Shown: positions 18,057-26,965 of the stretch, piece by piece
Position numbering within the stretch: position 1 is the stretch's first letter
How the letters are laid out: each line of letters begins with the position of its first letter
Virus record (IMG/VR): IMGVR_UViG_3300024331_000091
Span: 1-36,949 of that record
Reading direction: 5' to 3' (one strand)
Length of the DNA stretch: 36,949 nucleotides
Source of the DNA: a virus
Lineage: Duplodnaviria > Caudoviricetes
Position numbers and translations under genes: made by a program
The notes under the pieces: generated by a model
Databases searched by the model: none
The model's input: the letters and a program-made list of their open reading frames with translations, nothing else
What the model was told of the DNA's origin: nothing

Positions 18057-18583
18057 CAGACGGTGCTCTCGTTTTCAACCCCAAGAAGAGTGTCGGCGAT
18101 GGCGCGATGAACGCTCTCCCAGGTGAAATCGTGACCAGAAATGATACCGCCGGCTCGCAATTTAGGCTTCCAGTCCAAAATGTCCTGTTTCACGGCTTCG
18201 TAGGAGTGATCGGCATCGATGAAGACCATGTCAGCCATGTTGTTGAAACAATGGGCGACCGCCTCGTGCGTCGTGGCTTTCAGGACCGTGACCCGCTTAT
18301 GGATGCCGAACATCTTGAGGTTGAAAAGCATCTCCTTTTTCAAATTCGCCCCCTTGGCCCTTGCCTCGGCGTGGGCCTCTTCGCCGGGCGTACCCTTGAA
18401 GGTATCAACGCAGATCACGTGTAGCTTCTTTTTCAAAATGATGTCTGCCACGGAGCAGATCGAACGCCCTTTCCATGAACCAAGCTCAATGAGAATGCCC
18501 TGCTCAGGTAAAGACTCAACCAGGCGCCGATATGTCGCTATATTCTGTTCGCTGAACCAGCCGTTTGGGAGTTCGTTATTCAT
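18041..18583 (-). CDS. Class I SAM methyltransferase (Methyltransf_24-like)
   Basis: IELGSWKGRS, FIDADHSYE and GGIISGHD motifs; start trimmed to ATG 18583. Confidence 0.9.
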   Translation of the reverse strand: MNNELPNGWFSEQNIATYRRLVESLPEQGILIELGSWKGRSICSVADIILKKKLHVICVDTFKGTPGEEAHAEARAKGANLKKEMLFNLKMFGIHKRVTVLKATTHEAVAHCFNNMADMVFIDADHSYEAVKQDILDWKPKLRAGGIISGHDFTWESVHRAIADTLLGVENESTVWWKKL

Positions 18584-19136
18584 ACGGGAGTTTATTATCC
18601 TTGGTCCAATCCCAATTATCGCGGTGAATTGGCGTCCGCCAGTTCGGACCGTAATTTTCTTCAAGATATTTCTCTATCGGTCCCGGTATCGAGTACTCCT
18701 CGCCATAAAACTCTACTTTGTCAAAGTTCTGGAAGAAGTCATCGACCATGCGGGTCTGGAAATTCCCTTGGAAATCAACAGTGTAGAAGCGCCAGGCCAT
18801 CTTTCCCTTGTACGGCGTAATGAAAAAGATATCTATTTTATAAGTGTGACCGTCAACCTCTTTTGTGAATGAAAGCTCCGGCGCAATGAAGTCGGGCATC
18901 ACGAAATGATGTTCGAACTTGAAACCAATATCTTCAAAAGCTTTGATGATTTCTAGGAACCGAATATACGAGCTCTTGTGGATTGCGATATCAATGTCAT
19001 CTATATCGCCCGGACAAAAATCGTGGTCCCGGTAGGCTCCTAAAGCCGTGCCCAAGAATAGGCAGAACGGAATGCCGAGTCGTTCAAGCGCACCTTTAGC
19101 TTCTTTGAGGTTGTTAGCGGATATTTCTTTTTGCAT
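18576..19136 (-). CDS. licD: LicD/fukutin-family phosphotransferase
   Basis: GTALGAYRDHDF...DIDDIDIA, KIDIF and YLEENYGPNWRTP motifs. Confidence 0.88.
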   Translation of the reverse strand: MQKEISANNLKEAKGALERLGIPFCLFLGTALGAYRDHDFCPGDIDDIDIAIHKSSYIRFLEIIKAFEDIGFKFEHHFVMPDFIAPELSFTKEVDGHTYKIDIFFITPYKGKMAWRFYTVDFQGNFQTRMVDDFFQNFDKVEFYGEEYSIPGPIEKYLEENYGPNWRTPIHRDNWDWTKDNKLPYE

Positions 19137-19662
19137 AGCGCACGTACTTTACGAATTGGTCTTTGGGAATGGCTATCGGATTATTTCCGTCGAGCATGTG
19201 TAGCTGGAGCGGAATGTTTTTATCAAGATAGCCGAGAATGACATCCTCACTCTTGCCAACCACGCTCACGCGACTTATTTCTCCATCTCGGTCCGGCGTC
19301 GGTTCGTCATAGCCCTTATAGATATACTTGAACTGCGTTTTGATGTGATGCATGCCCTGTTCCGGTCTCTGAGAGTAGGGATAGGAGAACCACTCACCGC
19401 TCGCGCCAATAGACTCGAGGAAATGATTAAATCCGACGACTTCGGTGTATACCTGCTCGGCGGTTAATGTTCTCATGTCCGGATGACTGGCAGTGTGATT
19501 TCCAACGTACATGCCTAGCTTGAGCAATTCTTCAACCAACTCACGCACGTTCGGCTTATCATTCACGAAGAACACGCCCTTCATCCCATGCTCTTGTATA
19601 ACTCGCGCAGCGAAGATGTCTGACTCATTCCCATCATCAAATGTGAAGAGAGGCATAATCAT
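19114..19662 (-). CDS. Polysaccharide deacetylase (CE4/NodB)
   Basis: TFDDG, GNHTASHP and FSYPY motifs. Confidence 0.88.
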   Translation of the reverse strand: MIMPLFTFDDGNESDIFAARVIQEHGMKGVFFVNDKPNVRELVEELLKLGMYVGNHTASHPDMRTLTAEQVYTEVVGFNHFLESIGASGEWFSYPYSQRPEQGMHHIKTQFKYIYKGYDEPTPDRDGEISRVSVVGKSEDVILGYLDKNIPLQLHMLDGNNPIAIPKDQFVKYVRYAKRNIR

Positions 19663-20192
19663 GAGAATATGACGCCTTGGAGTTCAAGGCAGGTTACACC
19701 AGAGGCATTGCAGACCATTCGAGCCTCACAGACGAGCTTATTGTACTCGCGCTGATCGGCTTTGACGCTCGTATAGAGATCTTCTTTATCGAGCATGATG
19801 TACCGCACGCCGGAAGTTTTAATTATCTCATCAAGGAACTGGACGCCCGGAATGGTCTCAATTTTTGGAACGACCTGAATATCTTCGTGGAGTACTTCTT
19901 TGAGGTTATTGACCATAAGGCCGGACTCGACATTCGAGACGGCGAAGAAGCGGACCTTGGCCGCGAAGAGATTGGCGAGGTCGATAGCGTCTTCCATGCT
20001 GATCGTCGGAACCGGCGGCTTGCTTCTTCCTTGTGGATAGTCTAAATACACGGGATGCGTGATTTCGCGAAGGACTGCCGCCGCTTCCTCCTTACTCTTG
20101 ACCCAAGCCAAATTTAGACGTACAACTGTACCCTCTGGAATGGGATAGCCAATAGAGGCGAGATGATTTGAAGCTATGATGATTTTCTGCAT
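19659..20192 (-). CDS. Minimal pyruvate-kinase/HpcH-like TIM-barrel protein
   Basis: VVRLNLAW, VYLDYPQGRSK, PKIETIPGV and IMLDKEDL echo pyruvate kinase RLNFSH, KIE and MVARGDL motifs. Confidence 0.6.
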   Translation of the reverse strand: MQKIIIASNHLASIGYPIPEGTVVRLNLAWVKSKEEAAAVLREITHPVYLDYPQGRSKPPVPTISMEDAIDLANLFAAKVRFFAVSNVESGLMVNNLKEVLHEDIQVVPKIETIPGVQFLDEIIKTSGVRYIMLDKEDLYTSVKADQREYNKLVCEARMVCNASGVTCLELQGVIFS

Positions 20193-20446
20193 TTTAGGTA
20201 AATAATTAAATAGATAATCGTGGTAATGATGCCGAAAGAATACTTAATGAGCAGGGGATTTTGATGGATGAGCAGGGCATAAAACAAGGCATCGATATTG
20301 GCAATGAGGTAGATGGTGAAGAATGGTAGACTGATACCTTTCACGTCTTTGGTCCGGATTGTTTTAATCATCTGCGGAATGATCATCGCCGAAAACAGGA
20401 TGGTAGCAATCCAACCAAGAATTTGTGGGTCTATAATGTTTTGCAT
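20174..20446 (-). CDS. SemiSWEET / PQ-loop transporter
   Basis: 90 aa, three TM segments, IPQMIKTIRTKDVKGIS. Confidence 0.85.
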   Translation of the reverse strand: MQNIIDPQILGWIATILFSAMIIPQMIKTIRTKDVKGISLPFFTIYLIANIDALFYALLIHQNPLLIKYSFGIITTIIYLIIYLKCRKSS

Positions 20447-20820
20447 CTCTCAATAATTTGACTGGTTGATACGCCCTCGTGATAATTCAAAAGGACGCTT
20501 TGAACCTTGCGGAATTTTGGAACTTTGGTTTCCCAACCGGCGCCAGGACCTTTGGCGAGAATAGCAGGACGGTAGCGTTCGATATTCTTGCCCGGTTTAT
20601 ACTCTCCCTGCATAACGACTTTATCGACGCATTTAAGCGCGCCAACCATTCGCATACGTTCTCGCTCATCCATGATAGGTCGGCGCTTGAAGCTCTCCGC
20701 GGCGGCATCCGATAAGACTCCGACAATGAGACAGTCCCCGAGAGACTTGGCTTCTTCGAGCAATGCTAAATGCCCGGGATGCAGGAGATCGAACACGCCA
20801 TAGGTATAAACTTTTTTCAT
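20431..20820 (-). CDS. HxGH cytidylyltransferase (TagD/GCT-like)
   Basis: GVFDLLHPGH, LIVGVLSD and GVSTSQI motifs. Confidence 0.9.
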   Translation of the reverse strand: MKKVYTYGVFDLLHPGHLALLEEAKSLGDCLIVGVLSDAAAESFKRRPIMDERERMRMVGALKCVDKVVMQGEYKPGKNIERYRPAILAKGPGAGWETKVPKFRKVQSVLLNYHEGVSTSQIIERCKTL

Positions 20821-21749
20821 AGCAGGATTTCTTTATAGATTTTCTCAATTTGGAGAGCGACATTCTCCCAGGTCATCTCGCTCAACATTTTTTTCAGGGC
20901 TTCATTCGCCGGCTTCGTGAGAGATACTTGGATGGCTTTTTCGATGGCGTCGATGTCCCGATACTCCACATACTCGGTATTCGGGATTTGCCACTCGCAA
21001 TGATTGGTCAGGACGATGTTCGCGGCCTGTGAACCGGCTTCCATGACCGTAAGTGGCATCACTTCGGCTCGGGAAGAAAGGACAAACACCTTGCAGGACC
21101 GATAGAACCGGACCAGCTCGTTATGAGGCATCGGTTTTAAGAGGATAGCGCCCTCACCAGCGCATCTTTCGGCGTATTGGGCATCAACTATCTGTCCGAT
21201 GGCTACATATGCCAAGCCGAGGCGTTTTGACGCAATGGCGGCCTCTAGCTGACCCTTAGAGGGTTCGATACGGCCGACGGTGAGGGCAAAGGGCGGGATT
21301 TCAGGTGGAACGACGCCTTCAACCTTAAACCACCAGCTATCGATGCCATTCGGGATGATGTGGACCTTCTCGTCGTCGATTTTTAAGTGACGTTTCGCTC
21401 GAAGCACTTCCCCTTCTGTTAGAAAGATTGCCGCGTCGAGATTATCAAACATGATTTGCTGATCCTCGTAGGAAACGAAGGCGTCAGACTCATGGTAAAT
21501 CATCGAGCTCACGATTTTTCGGCGGGCATTTTTGGCGCACCAGATTTGATACTTGGACCACTGCATCGAAAAGTTGAAGTTGTGGACGATATCAAAGAGC
21601 AGCAACGCTAACGCAGGCTTATATACGGGCGTGCCGTTGAATTCGACAGTATGGCCGAGCTTGCGCATGGCCTCCATCGTCTTTTCAAGCTGAATTTGGT
21701 CTCCACCTTGCCAGAGGTCAGGGTTCCTGTTCTGGTATAGGATTTTCAT
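20817..21749 (-). CDS. GT4 glycosyltransferase
   Basis: GGDQIQ, IPNGID, VGRIEPSKGQ and EVMPLTVMEA motifs. Confidence 0.92.
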   Translation of the reverse strand: MKILYQNRNPDLWQGGDQIQLEKTMEAMRKLGHTVEFNGTPVYKPALALLLFDIVHNFNFSMQWSKYQIWCAKNARRKIVSSMIYHESDAFVSYEDQQIMFDNLDAAIFLTEGEVLRAKRHLKIDDEKVHIIPNGIDSWWFKVEGVVPPEIPPFALTVGRIEPSKGQLEAAIASKRLGLAYVAIGQIVDAQYAERCAGEGAILLKPMPHNELVRFYRSCKVFVLSSRAEVMPLTVMEAGSQAANIVLTNHCEWQIPNTEYVEYRDIDAIEKAIQVSLTKPANEALKKMLSEMTWENVALQIEKIYKEILL

Positions 21750-22063
21750 TTCAACTTATCGGCACTGTACTCGCCACGGCCGAACGTAGCATCCGCATAG
21801 TCTGGATCAGTTTCAATTCGATGGAGCATCGCTTTCACGAGTTCGACCATCTCAAGACGTCCGCGGTGTTTGACGAATGTCCCATTGGGCAATTCAACAC
21901 CATAGCCTTCGCTGGGATGATCGAAGACATTCCCGGACGGGCAGCCAATCAGAAATTGGCCTTGGTAGTGTATTCCGGCGAGGCCCTTAATTTTCTCGTT
22001 CGGAACGATCTCTAAGTCTTTACTTATCTTCTTCAATTCACGCTGGAATTCTTTAACTGTCAT
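21746..22063 (-). CDS. Hypothetical protein
   Basis: 105 aa; 4-nt overlap with the GT4 gene. Confidence 0.75.
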   Translation of the reverse strand: MTVKEFQRELKKISKDLEIVPNEKIKGLAGIHYQGQFLIGCPSGNVFDHPSEGYGVELPNGTFVKHRGRLEMVELVKAMLHRIETDPDYADATFGRGEYSADKLK

Positions 22064-22066
22064 GAG

Positions 22067-22131
22067 GTCTTAGTCTCAAATTAGTGGATCGTGTGGAGCA
22101 ATTTGAGTACTCCCCGCGATCCAACTAAGAC
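22067..22131 (-). ncRNA. Candidate structured cis-element (nested stems plus pseudoknot)
   Basis: Pairings 22067-74/22124-31, 22085-91/22117-23 and 22095-98/22110-13; loop 22100-07 complementary to 22075-82. Confidence 0.55.
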
Positions 22132-22174
22132 GATAACTGATTGTTAACCGTCAACCACGCCGCCAGCGCTAGAG

Positions 22175-23086
22175 CTAGGCAGTAGCACCAGTCTTTACGT
22201 TGATCACCCAATTTGCATTGAGGACCTTTGCAACGAACATGGCTTTCCAACCGACAGTTGAATACATATCCAACGGGTTGGAGGTGTCATTTGGACCAGG
22301 TTGCTTCACGAAGATGCGCTGGCCTTCCTGACCATCCAAGGATACTGCGCCGTAGGCGTTGCGTCCAAAGATGAAGTTGTGGTAGACAGTCACGGTCGAG
22401 CTTTCGCTTGAACCCTGGTTGCTTTCCACGAATTCTACACCATGCAACTTGCCGATCACACCTCGCTGAATGTTTTCAGTGTCAGTGTAGCGGTAAGCAT
22501 CCAACCATTCGCTATTCGCGAAGAGGTCGTATGAAGTGTAAGGCTGCGCGATACCGCGGAATAAACCGCTTTCAAAGCGTCGTGCCTTATTAGTCTTCAA
22601 GGTGCGTACTGCTTTTCGGATTTCAGCACCGGACAAAACGTCGGTAGCCGCCACAGCAGTGATGTTGCTCTTTGCGCCGGCGAGCTGAACAGTAGCGTTA
22701 GCTGAAAGTTCATTGCGGAGCAAAGCGTCGATCGTTTCGCCAGCATTCTGGCCGTGAACTTCGACGTGTTCTTTGAGGTCGACGTCCAAAGACGTTAATT
22801 CAAAGAGTTTGCCGACGGTGGTATAAGCACCATATTCGGCGAGCGAGCATGAAACCTGAGTTGACGTCATGTCGACAGCGGTCGGGTTAGTCGCCTCAGT
22901 TAAGGGCGTAGTTGCCAACGCGAGAGGGGAGAAACGATTGAAGTAAACCGTCTTGCCCATGTTGCGAGGAACTTTCTTGACCTGAGCACCGAAGTCGTGA
23001 CGCAATTCGGCCATAGCGCGCTCCAAGAAGGTCTTGTCGTAGAAAATGCCCATGGCATTCGACAAGCCTGTGGTAGTTGAGCTCAT
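22175..23086 (-). CDS. Major capsid protein (N4-gp56-like HK97 fold)
   Basis: FYDKTFLERA, PRNMGKTVYFNRF, IGKLHGVEFVES and SNPLDMYSTVGWK motifs; GGAGG SD. Confidence 0.9.
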   Translation of the reverse strand: MSSTTTGLSNAMGIFYDKTFLERAMAELRHDFGAQVKKVPRNMGKTVYFNRFSPLALATTPLTEATNPTAVDMTSTQVSCSLAEYGAYTTVGKLFELTSLDVDLKEHVEVHGQNAGETIDALLRNELSANATVQLAGAKSNITAVAATDVLSGAEIRKAVRTLKTNKARRFESGLFRGIAQPYTSYDLFANSEWLDAYRYTDTENIQRGVIGKLHGVEFVESNQGSSESSTVTVYHNFIFGRNAYGAVSLDGQEGQRIFVKQPGPNDTSNPLDMYSTVGWKAMFVAKVLNANWVINVKTGATA

Positions 23087-23131
23087 TCTGGTTGCCTCCG
23101 ATGATCCGATAGAAGGCTACAATAATGTCGC

Positions 23132-23695
23132 CTAACTTTGCGGACCCTTCGGGAGAATTGCCTCCAAATCTTTCAGCGGCATCGCGCGGAGTTCCTCTTC
23201 CGTATATTTTTTATATATCGGTGAGCGACCATCCTGCGAGGGAGTGCCTTCTTCGGTCCGCTTCTGTTTGGCTATTTCCTCCCGTTTGGATTCGATAGCC
23301 TGTTTAACATACGGATCGTTGAGAGCCGCGCGTCCACCGTTTTTAATGATGAACTCGGTCTCCTCCAAGTTATAACCATCGAACCTGAGGTCCTGATAAT
23401 CAGGATGGTCCTGCGGTCGCTTGGCTGCGTTCTGATCTGGTTTTCTTTCGTTGGCGTTGTTTGCGCCAGCGTCGTCAGCTGGAGGGCGCTTTTTTAGTTC
23501 GCCTTCCGCCTCCTTGGCTCGCTTGTACAGACCGGGAGTGGTTTTAGCACCCCAAGCAGCGATCTCCTTGAGCTTATCCATGTCCCCAGCCACGAAGGCT
23601 GCGTCCACGTCTGCCTCGGTGAAAGGTTTGAAACCTCCATCGGCTCCAGCATCTGCTCCAGCATTTTGACGCTGGTCGTCGTTTTGATCGGCCAT
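23132..23695 (-). CDS. Capsid scaffolding protein (putative)
   Basis: Acidic, low-complexity and helical; directly upstream of the capsid gene. Confidence 0.7.
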   Translation of the reverse strand: MADQNDDQRQNAGADAGADGGFKPFTEADVDAAFVAGDMDKLKEIAAWGAKTTPGLYKRAKEAEGELKKRPPADDAGANNANERKPDQNAAKRPQDHPDYQDLRFDGYNLEETEFIIKNGGRAALNDPYVKQAIESKREEIAKQKRTEEGTPSQDGRSPIYKKYTEEELRAMPLKDLEAILPKGPQS

Positions 23696-23800
23696 TTGTT
23701 TGTTGAGCGCATGGATCGTGCGCTCGTTAAATGAGTTAGCGTGGTTTCCGCCCTCACGACTGCCCCGGAGAAGTGCCGAAGCAGAGAGTGACTGAAGAAA

Positions 23801-24058
23801 CTATTCCGAAGTGTCCTTGCGTTCCTTGACCTCTTCGGCGTAGATGCCGATTTCAACGAGGAATTTCTTGAGCTGTTTAATAACCCAGACTCTTCCCGCG
23901 ACTTCGGTCTCCACTGATATTTTAGCAATCTCCCCAAGGTTATCAATCTTGTTGATATCTTCAAGGTGGGCATTGAGGACCTTCTCGATGACCTTCCAGC
24001 CATTAGTCTTGGTGAGTTCTTGAATTGTCGCACGTTCCGCTTTCGTGATTTCTATCAT
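23801..24058 (-). CDS. Small head-associated hypothetical protein
   Basis: 85 aa between portal and scaffold genes. Confidence 0.7.
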   Translation of the reverse strand: MIEITKAERATIQELTKTNGWKVIEKVLNAHLEDINKIDNLGEIAKISVETEVAGRVWVIKQLKKFLVEIGIYAEEVKERKDTSE

Positions 24059-24068
24059 TGGATTGAGG

Positions 24069-26054
24069 TTATTGGTTTATAAACTTGCTGATAGGCTGAC
24101 CACCACCGGGCTGACCAGGAATTTGACCGGCGCCTGAGGCTTGCGACATCGTCGCGGCAATCTTAGCCATGGCGTCTGGAGTCTGTTGACCACCTTGGCC
24201 GGCAGCGGCCGCTGAGGTGTGTTCCTGAGCCTCGGACTCAAGAGCCTCGAGCTCGGAAGAGTTCATGCCGACGAGGGTCATCATCTTGAAGAGCAAGCGG
24301 CGGAGGACTGGATTATCGAGGATTGTCGGATTGCGGGCAATGAGGCCGAGGACAGTCTGGACGTTCGCGAGCTGGGCTGCCACGTTCCTATTTTCGCCCG
24401 TGGTGACGAGATCGAGGTCATAGTCGACATTGGCATAGAAAGCCTTCTGCACGTCAATCCAGATGCGATTTCCAGCCTTCTCGAGTTTGGACATGACAGA
24501 CTGCTCAATCTGGTCGATTTCTTCGTCGGTGACATCTCGGCCGGTCTCTTGAACATGCTTCTCGACAGCGGCTTGAACGGCAGCGCGAGCGACCATTCGG
24601 CGCATAGCTTTCATTTCAGTGCTTGAGCCTTGGAAGCGGAAGCGGTGTGAAGCCATGATGTCTTTCTCAAGGTCTGGGAAGACGAGGTCGTGGACGAATT
24701 CTTCGAGGAAGAGGCCGACGTTCTCGCGCTTATAATCGAAGACTGATCCGGCTTGCTGGGTTTGATTGAGTACGGCGGTGGCCGTGGATGACGCTGGAGG
24801 CGCCTGGCCTGACATCAGCTGCGTGGAAAAGGTCATCTTGTCCGCAAGCATGTCATAGTCCTGTTTGAGCGCTTGGAAGTCACCCATGGCGAATTGGCGA
24901 GTATCGATACGATTGAGTTCCCCTTCGCCGGTTATGAAGATATCGCCTGACTCGGCATCCGAGAGAATGTTTCGACGCGCAGTCTTGCCACGAGTTTGGA
25001 GAAGGATGAGAGAAGCAAGCTCAATAGCTTTATCTTCCATATTGGCATAGCGGTTTCGCAAACGCTGGGCTTCGAAGGTGTCTTCGACGGCGCCGACGCC
25101 AATCCATCGGCCTTTGGTCTTGTTGGCATGAACTTCTTTGAATGGGTCGTCATCATGCTTGAGTTCTTCTTTGAAGAGGACGATACCAGTCTGATCAACG
25201 GGTGTGGTGACGGGCGCGGCTTGCGGGTTAGCAGCCGGAATGATTGATGCTTCGCCGATACCGGCAATAATCCAGTGTGAGTATTTGAAATTCCGAAGCA
25301 CGTTGTCCCCGACATCCCAATTCTCTTGACCTTCTTCGCCAGCGAGCCACTGCTCGGGGACCTCCATATAGACTTCATAGACGTTGGCGTAGGGCTCCCC
25401 AGCGGTGATATTCAAAGCGCCCGAGTCTTCATAGGACCGGATCGGCGCAAAGCTGGTGTGATGATCGATGACTTCGTCGACGTTCTTCCAGACACCTTTC
25501 TCACGCATCTCGCGCAAGCGTTCTGGCGTCATCATGTGATGGATAATCTTGTAGCGGGCTTTCTTGAGAGATGGCGCGGCTTGGTCCACATAGAAATGAC
25601 GTAAGTCGATGACTTCTGCGCCTGCGCCTTCGGTTTTGACCTTGCGCAAGACGACGGAACCGTAGATCGGTAATTCCTGTACAACCTGGTTGAGCACTTG
25701 ACCCATGTGGTTGCGCTTCATCCAGACCTTCAATTCGCGTTCAAGGAGGAAGACATTCCACTCCGTATCCGGATTGTTGGAGATGAGCATAAAATCCTTC
25801 ACATCGATGTCGAGCTGTTTGGACCAGACGTCGCAGCGCCATTTGGAGATGTTGTAAAACGGCTTTTTGCGGAGGACGCCGTTGATGCGTTCGTAATCCC
25901 CTTCCACAAAGTGAGAGTTGTAATACAGATGGATCTTCTTAATCAGCTGATATTGGCTGAACATGTAGCCCGGAACGATTTCGATATAGTTATACAAAAA
26001 GTCCTGTCGGCATTGCTGAGTGAGGGCGAAGATGTTTTGCGGAAATTTGAACAT
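24069..26054 (-). CDS. Portal protein (P22-like size)
   Basis: 661 aa downstream of terminase; LPIYGSVVLRK, GRWIGVGAVED and STATAV motifs; Q/G/P-rich tail. Confidence 0.82.
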   Translation of the reverse strand: MFKFPQNIFALTQQCRQDFLYNYIEIVPGYMFSQYQLIKKIHLYYNSHFVEGDYERINGVLRKKPFYNISKWRCDVWSKQLDIDVKDFMLISNNPDTEWNVFLLERELKVWMKRNHMGQVLNQVVQELPIYGSVVLRKVKTEGAGAEVIDLRHFYVDQAAPSLKKARYKIIHHMMTPERLREMREKGVWKNVDEVIDHHTSFAPIRSYEDSGALNITAGEPYANVYEVYMEVPEQWLAGEEGQENWDVGDNVLRNFKYSHWIIAGIGEASIIPAANPQAAPVTTPVDQTGIVLFKEELKHDDDPFKEVHANKTKGRWIGVGAVEDTFEAQRLRNRYANMEDKAIELASLILLQTRGKTARRNILSDAESGDIFITGEGELNRIDTRQFAMGDFQALKQDYDMLADKMTFSTQLMSGQAPPASSTATAVLNQTQQAGSVFDYKRENVGLFLEEFVHDLVFPDLEKDIMASHRFRFQGSSTEMKAMRRMVARAAVQAAVEKHVQETGRDVTDEEIDQIEQSVMSKLEKAGNRIWIDVQKAFYANVDYDLDLVTTGENRNVAAQLANVQTVLGLIARNPTILDNPVLRRLLFKMMTLVGMNSSELEALESEAQEHTSAAAAGQGGQQTPDAMAKIAATMSQASGAGQIPGQPGGGQPISKFINQ

Positions 26055-26113
26055 TTAGTTTGATTAAATTGCTCTGGAAGGTCCTCGCCAAATACGAGGA
26101 CCCTGAGAGAAAT

Positions 26114-26368
26114 CTATTTCGTTCCGTACTGCCCTGCGCCTGTGCCACCGTTCTCATCATGCATTTCTTCTTTGGTTTCGGTGTACTTGCCAGGATTATC
26201 GAGAACCGTTTCGTTGGCCTTGTTCACCGGACCAGTGATTCGGCCCTTCTCGTGAGTCGCGGGACTGAGAACACCTGCCACCTTCGGAGTCTCGCCATAA
26301 GGCGGAACGAAGCCAGTGGTGTTATCGGCCGGCGTACCGACTGATGGACGTGGTACTGATTGTTTCAT
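26114..26368 (-). CDS. Low-complexity hypothetical protein
   Basis: 84 aa, co-oriented with the operon. Confidence 0.6.
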   Translation of the reverse strand: MKQSVPRPSVGTPADNTTGFVPPYGETPKVAGVLSPATHEKGRITGPVNKANETVLDNPGKYTETKEEMHDENGGTGAGQYGTK

Positions 26369-26416
26369 CTGTTTTGCAGTTATCGGGTCCTTAGCTATGA
26401 GATCCGATGCCCGCGG

Positions 26417-26614
26417 TTAAGTTTGGAAATCGACCTTTCGGGAATTCTCGCCCATTGAGGGACGAGGCGCTTCGTGAGACCTCCCGAGTTGCTTCTCACG
26501 CTCACGGCGGAGCCCATGCTGCACGAACGTATCAAGAGCCTTATCCATCAGGCCTTTCATTTTGCCTTCTTGCTTGAGTCTATTGGTGAGGATAACCTCT
26601 TGATCTCTGGTCAT
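26417..26614 (-). CDS. Hypothetical protein
   Basis: 65 aa; starts 2 nt after the upstream stop. Confidence 0.65.
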   Translation of the reverse strand: MTRDQEVILTNRLKQEGKMKGLMDKALDTFVQHGLRREREKQLGRSHEAPRPSMGENSRKVDFQT

Positions 26615-26616
26615 GC

Positions 26617-26946
26617 TTAAAATTCGTTAGGAACCTGCTGCTTACATGTCGGACAGACGAGATGACCGGCGCCAATGCGCGCTCGCATCGCTTCGTGGTC
26701 CTCGGGACATGCTTCGACTTTCTGGCCATCAATAACGATGCCGAAAGACTTAGGAACTTCTTTGCCACATTCCTTGCAGACTAAGTGGCCGGCGCCCATT
26801 GCCGCGCGTTGCTCTTTGTGGGAAGGCGAGCATCCTGCGCCTTTGGCCGGATTGACTCCGGTCGCTGCATCGATTACATACTGATCGCTAACTGCGGCTT
26901 CTTTTGGAGCCGTTGCTTTCTTGGTAGTTGGTTTTCGTGTTGCCAT
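26617..26946 (-). CDS. Tandem-repeat Zn-binding protein
   Basis: Two copies of C-x3-H-x3-RA-x2-GAGHLVC-x2-C-x3-VP. Confidence 0.75.
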   Translation of the reverse strand: MATRKPTTKKATAPKEAAVSDQYVIDAATGVNPAKGAGCSPSHKEQRAAMGAGHLVCKECGKEVPKSFGIVIDGQKVEACPEDHEAMRARIGAGHLVCPTCKQQVPNEF

Positions 26947-26965
26947 TGCGGTGTTGAATTAAATT

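Noticed and set aside
19659-20192. PEP mutase or full pyruvate kinase call
   Set aside because: It lacks the EDKxxxxxNS signature and is far shorter than pyruvate kinase; kept only as PK-like.
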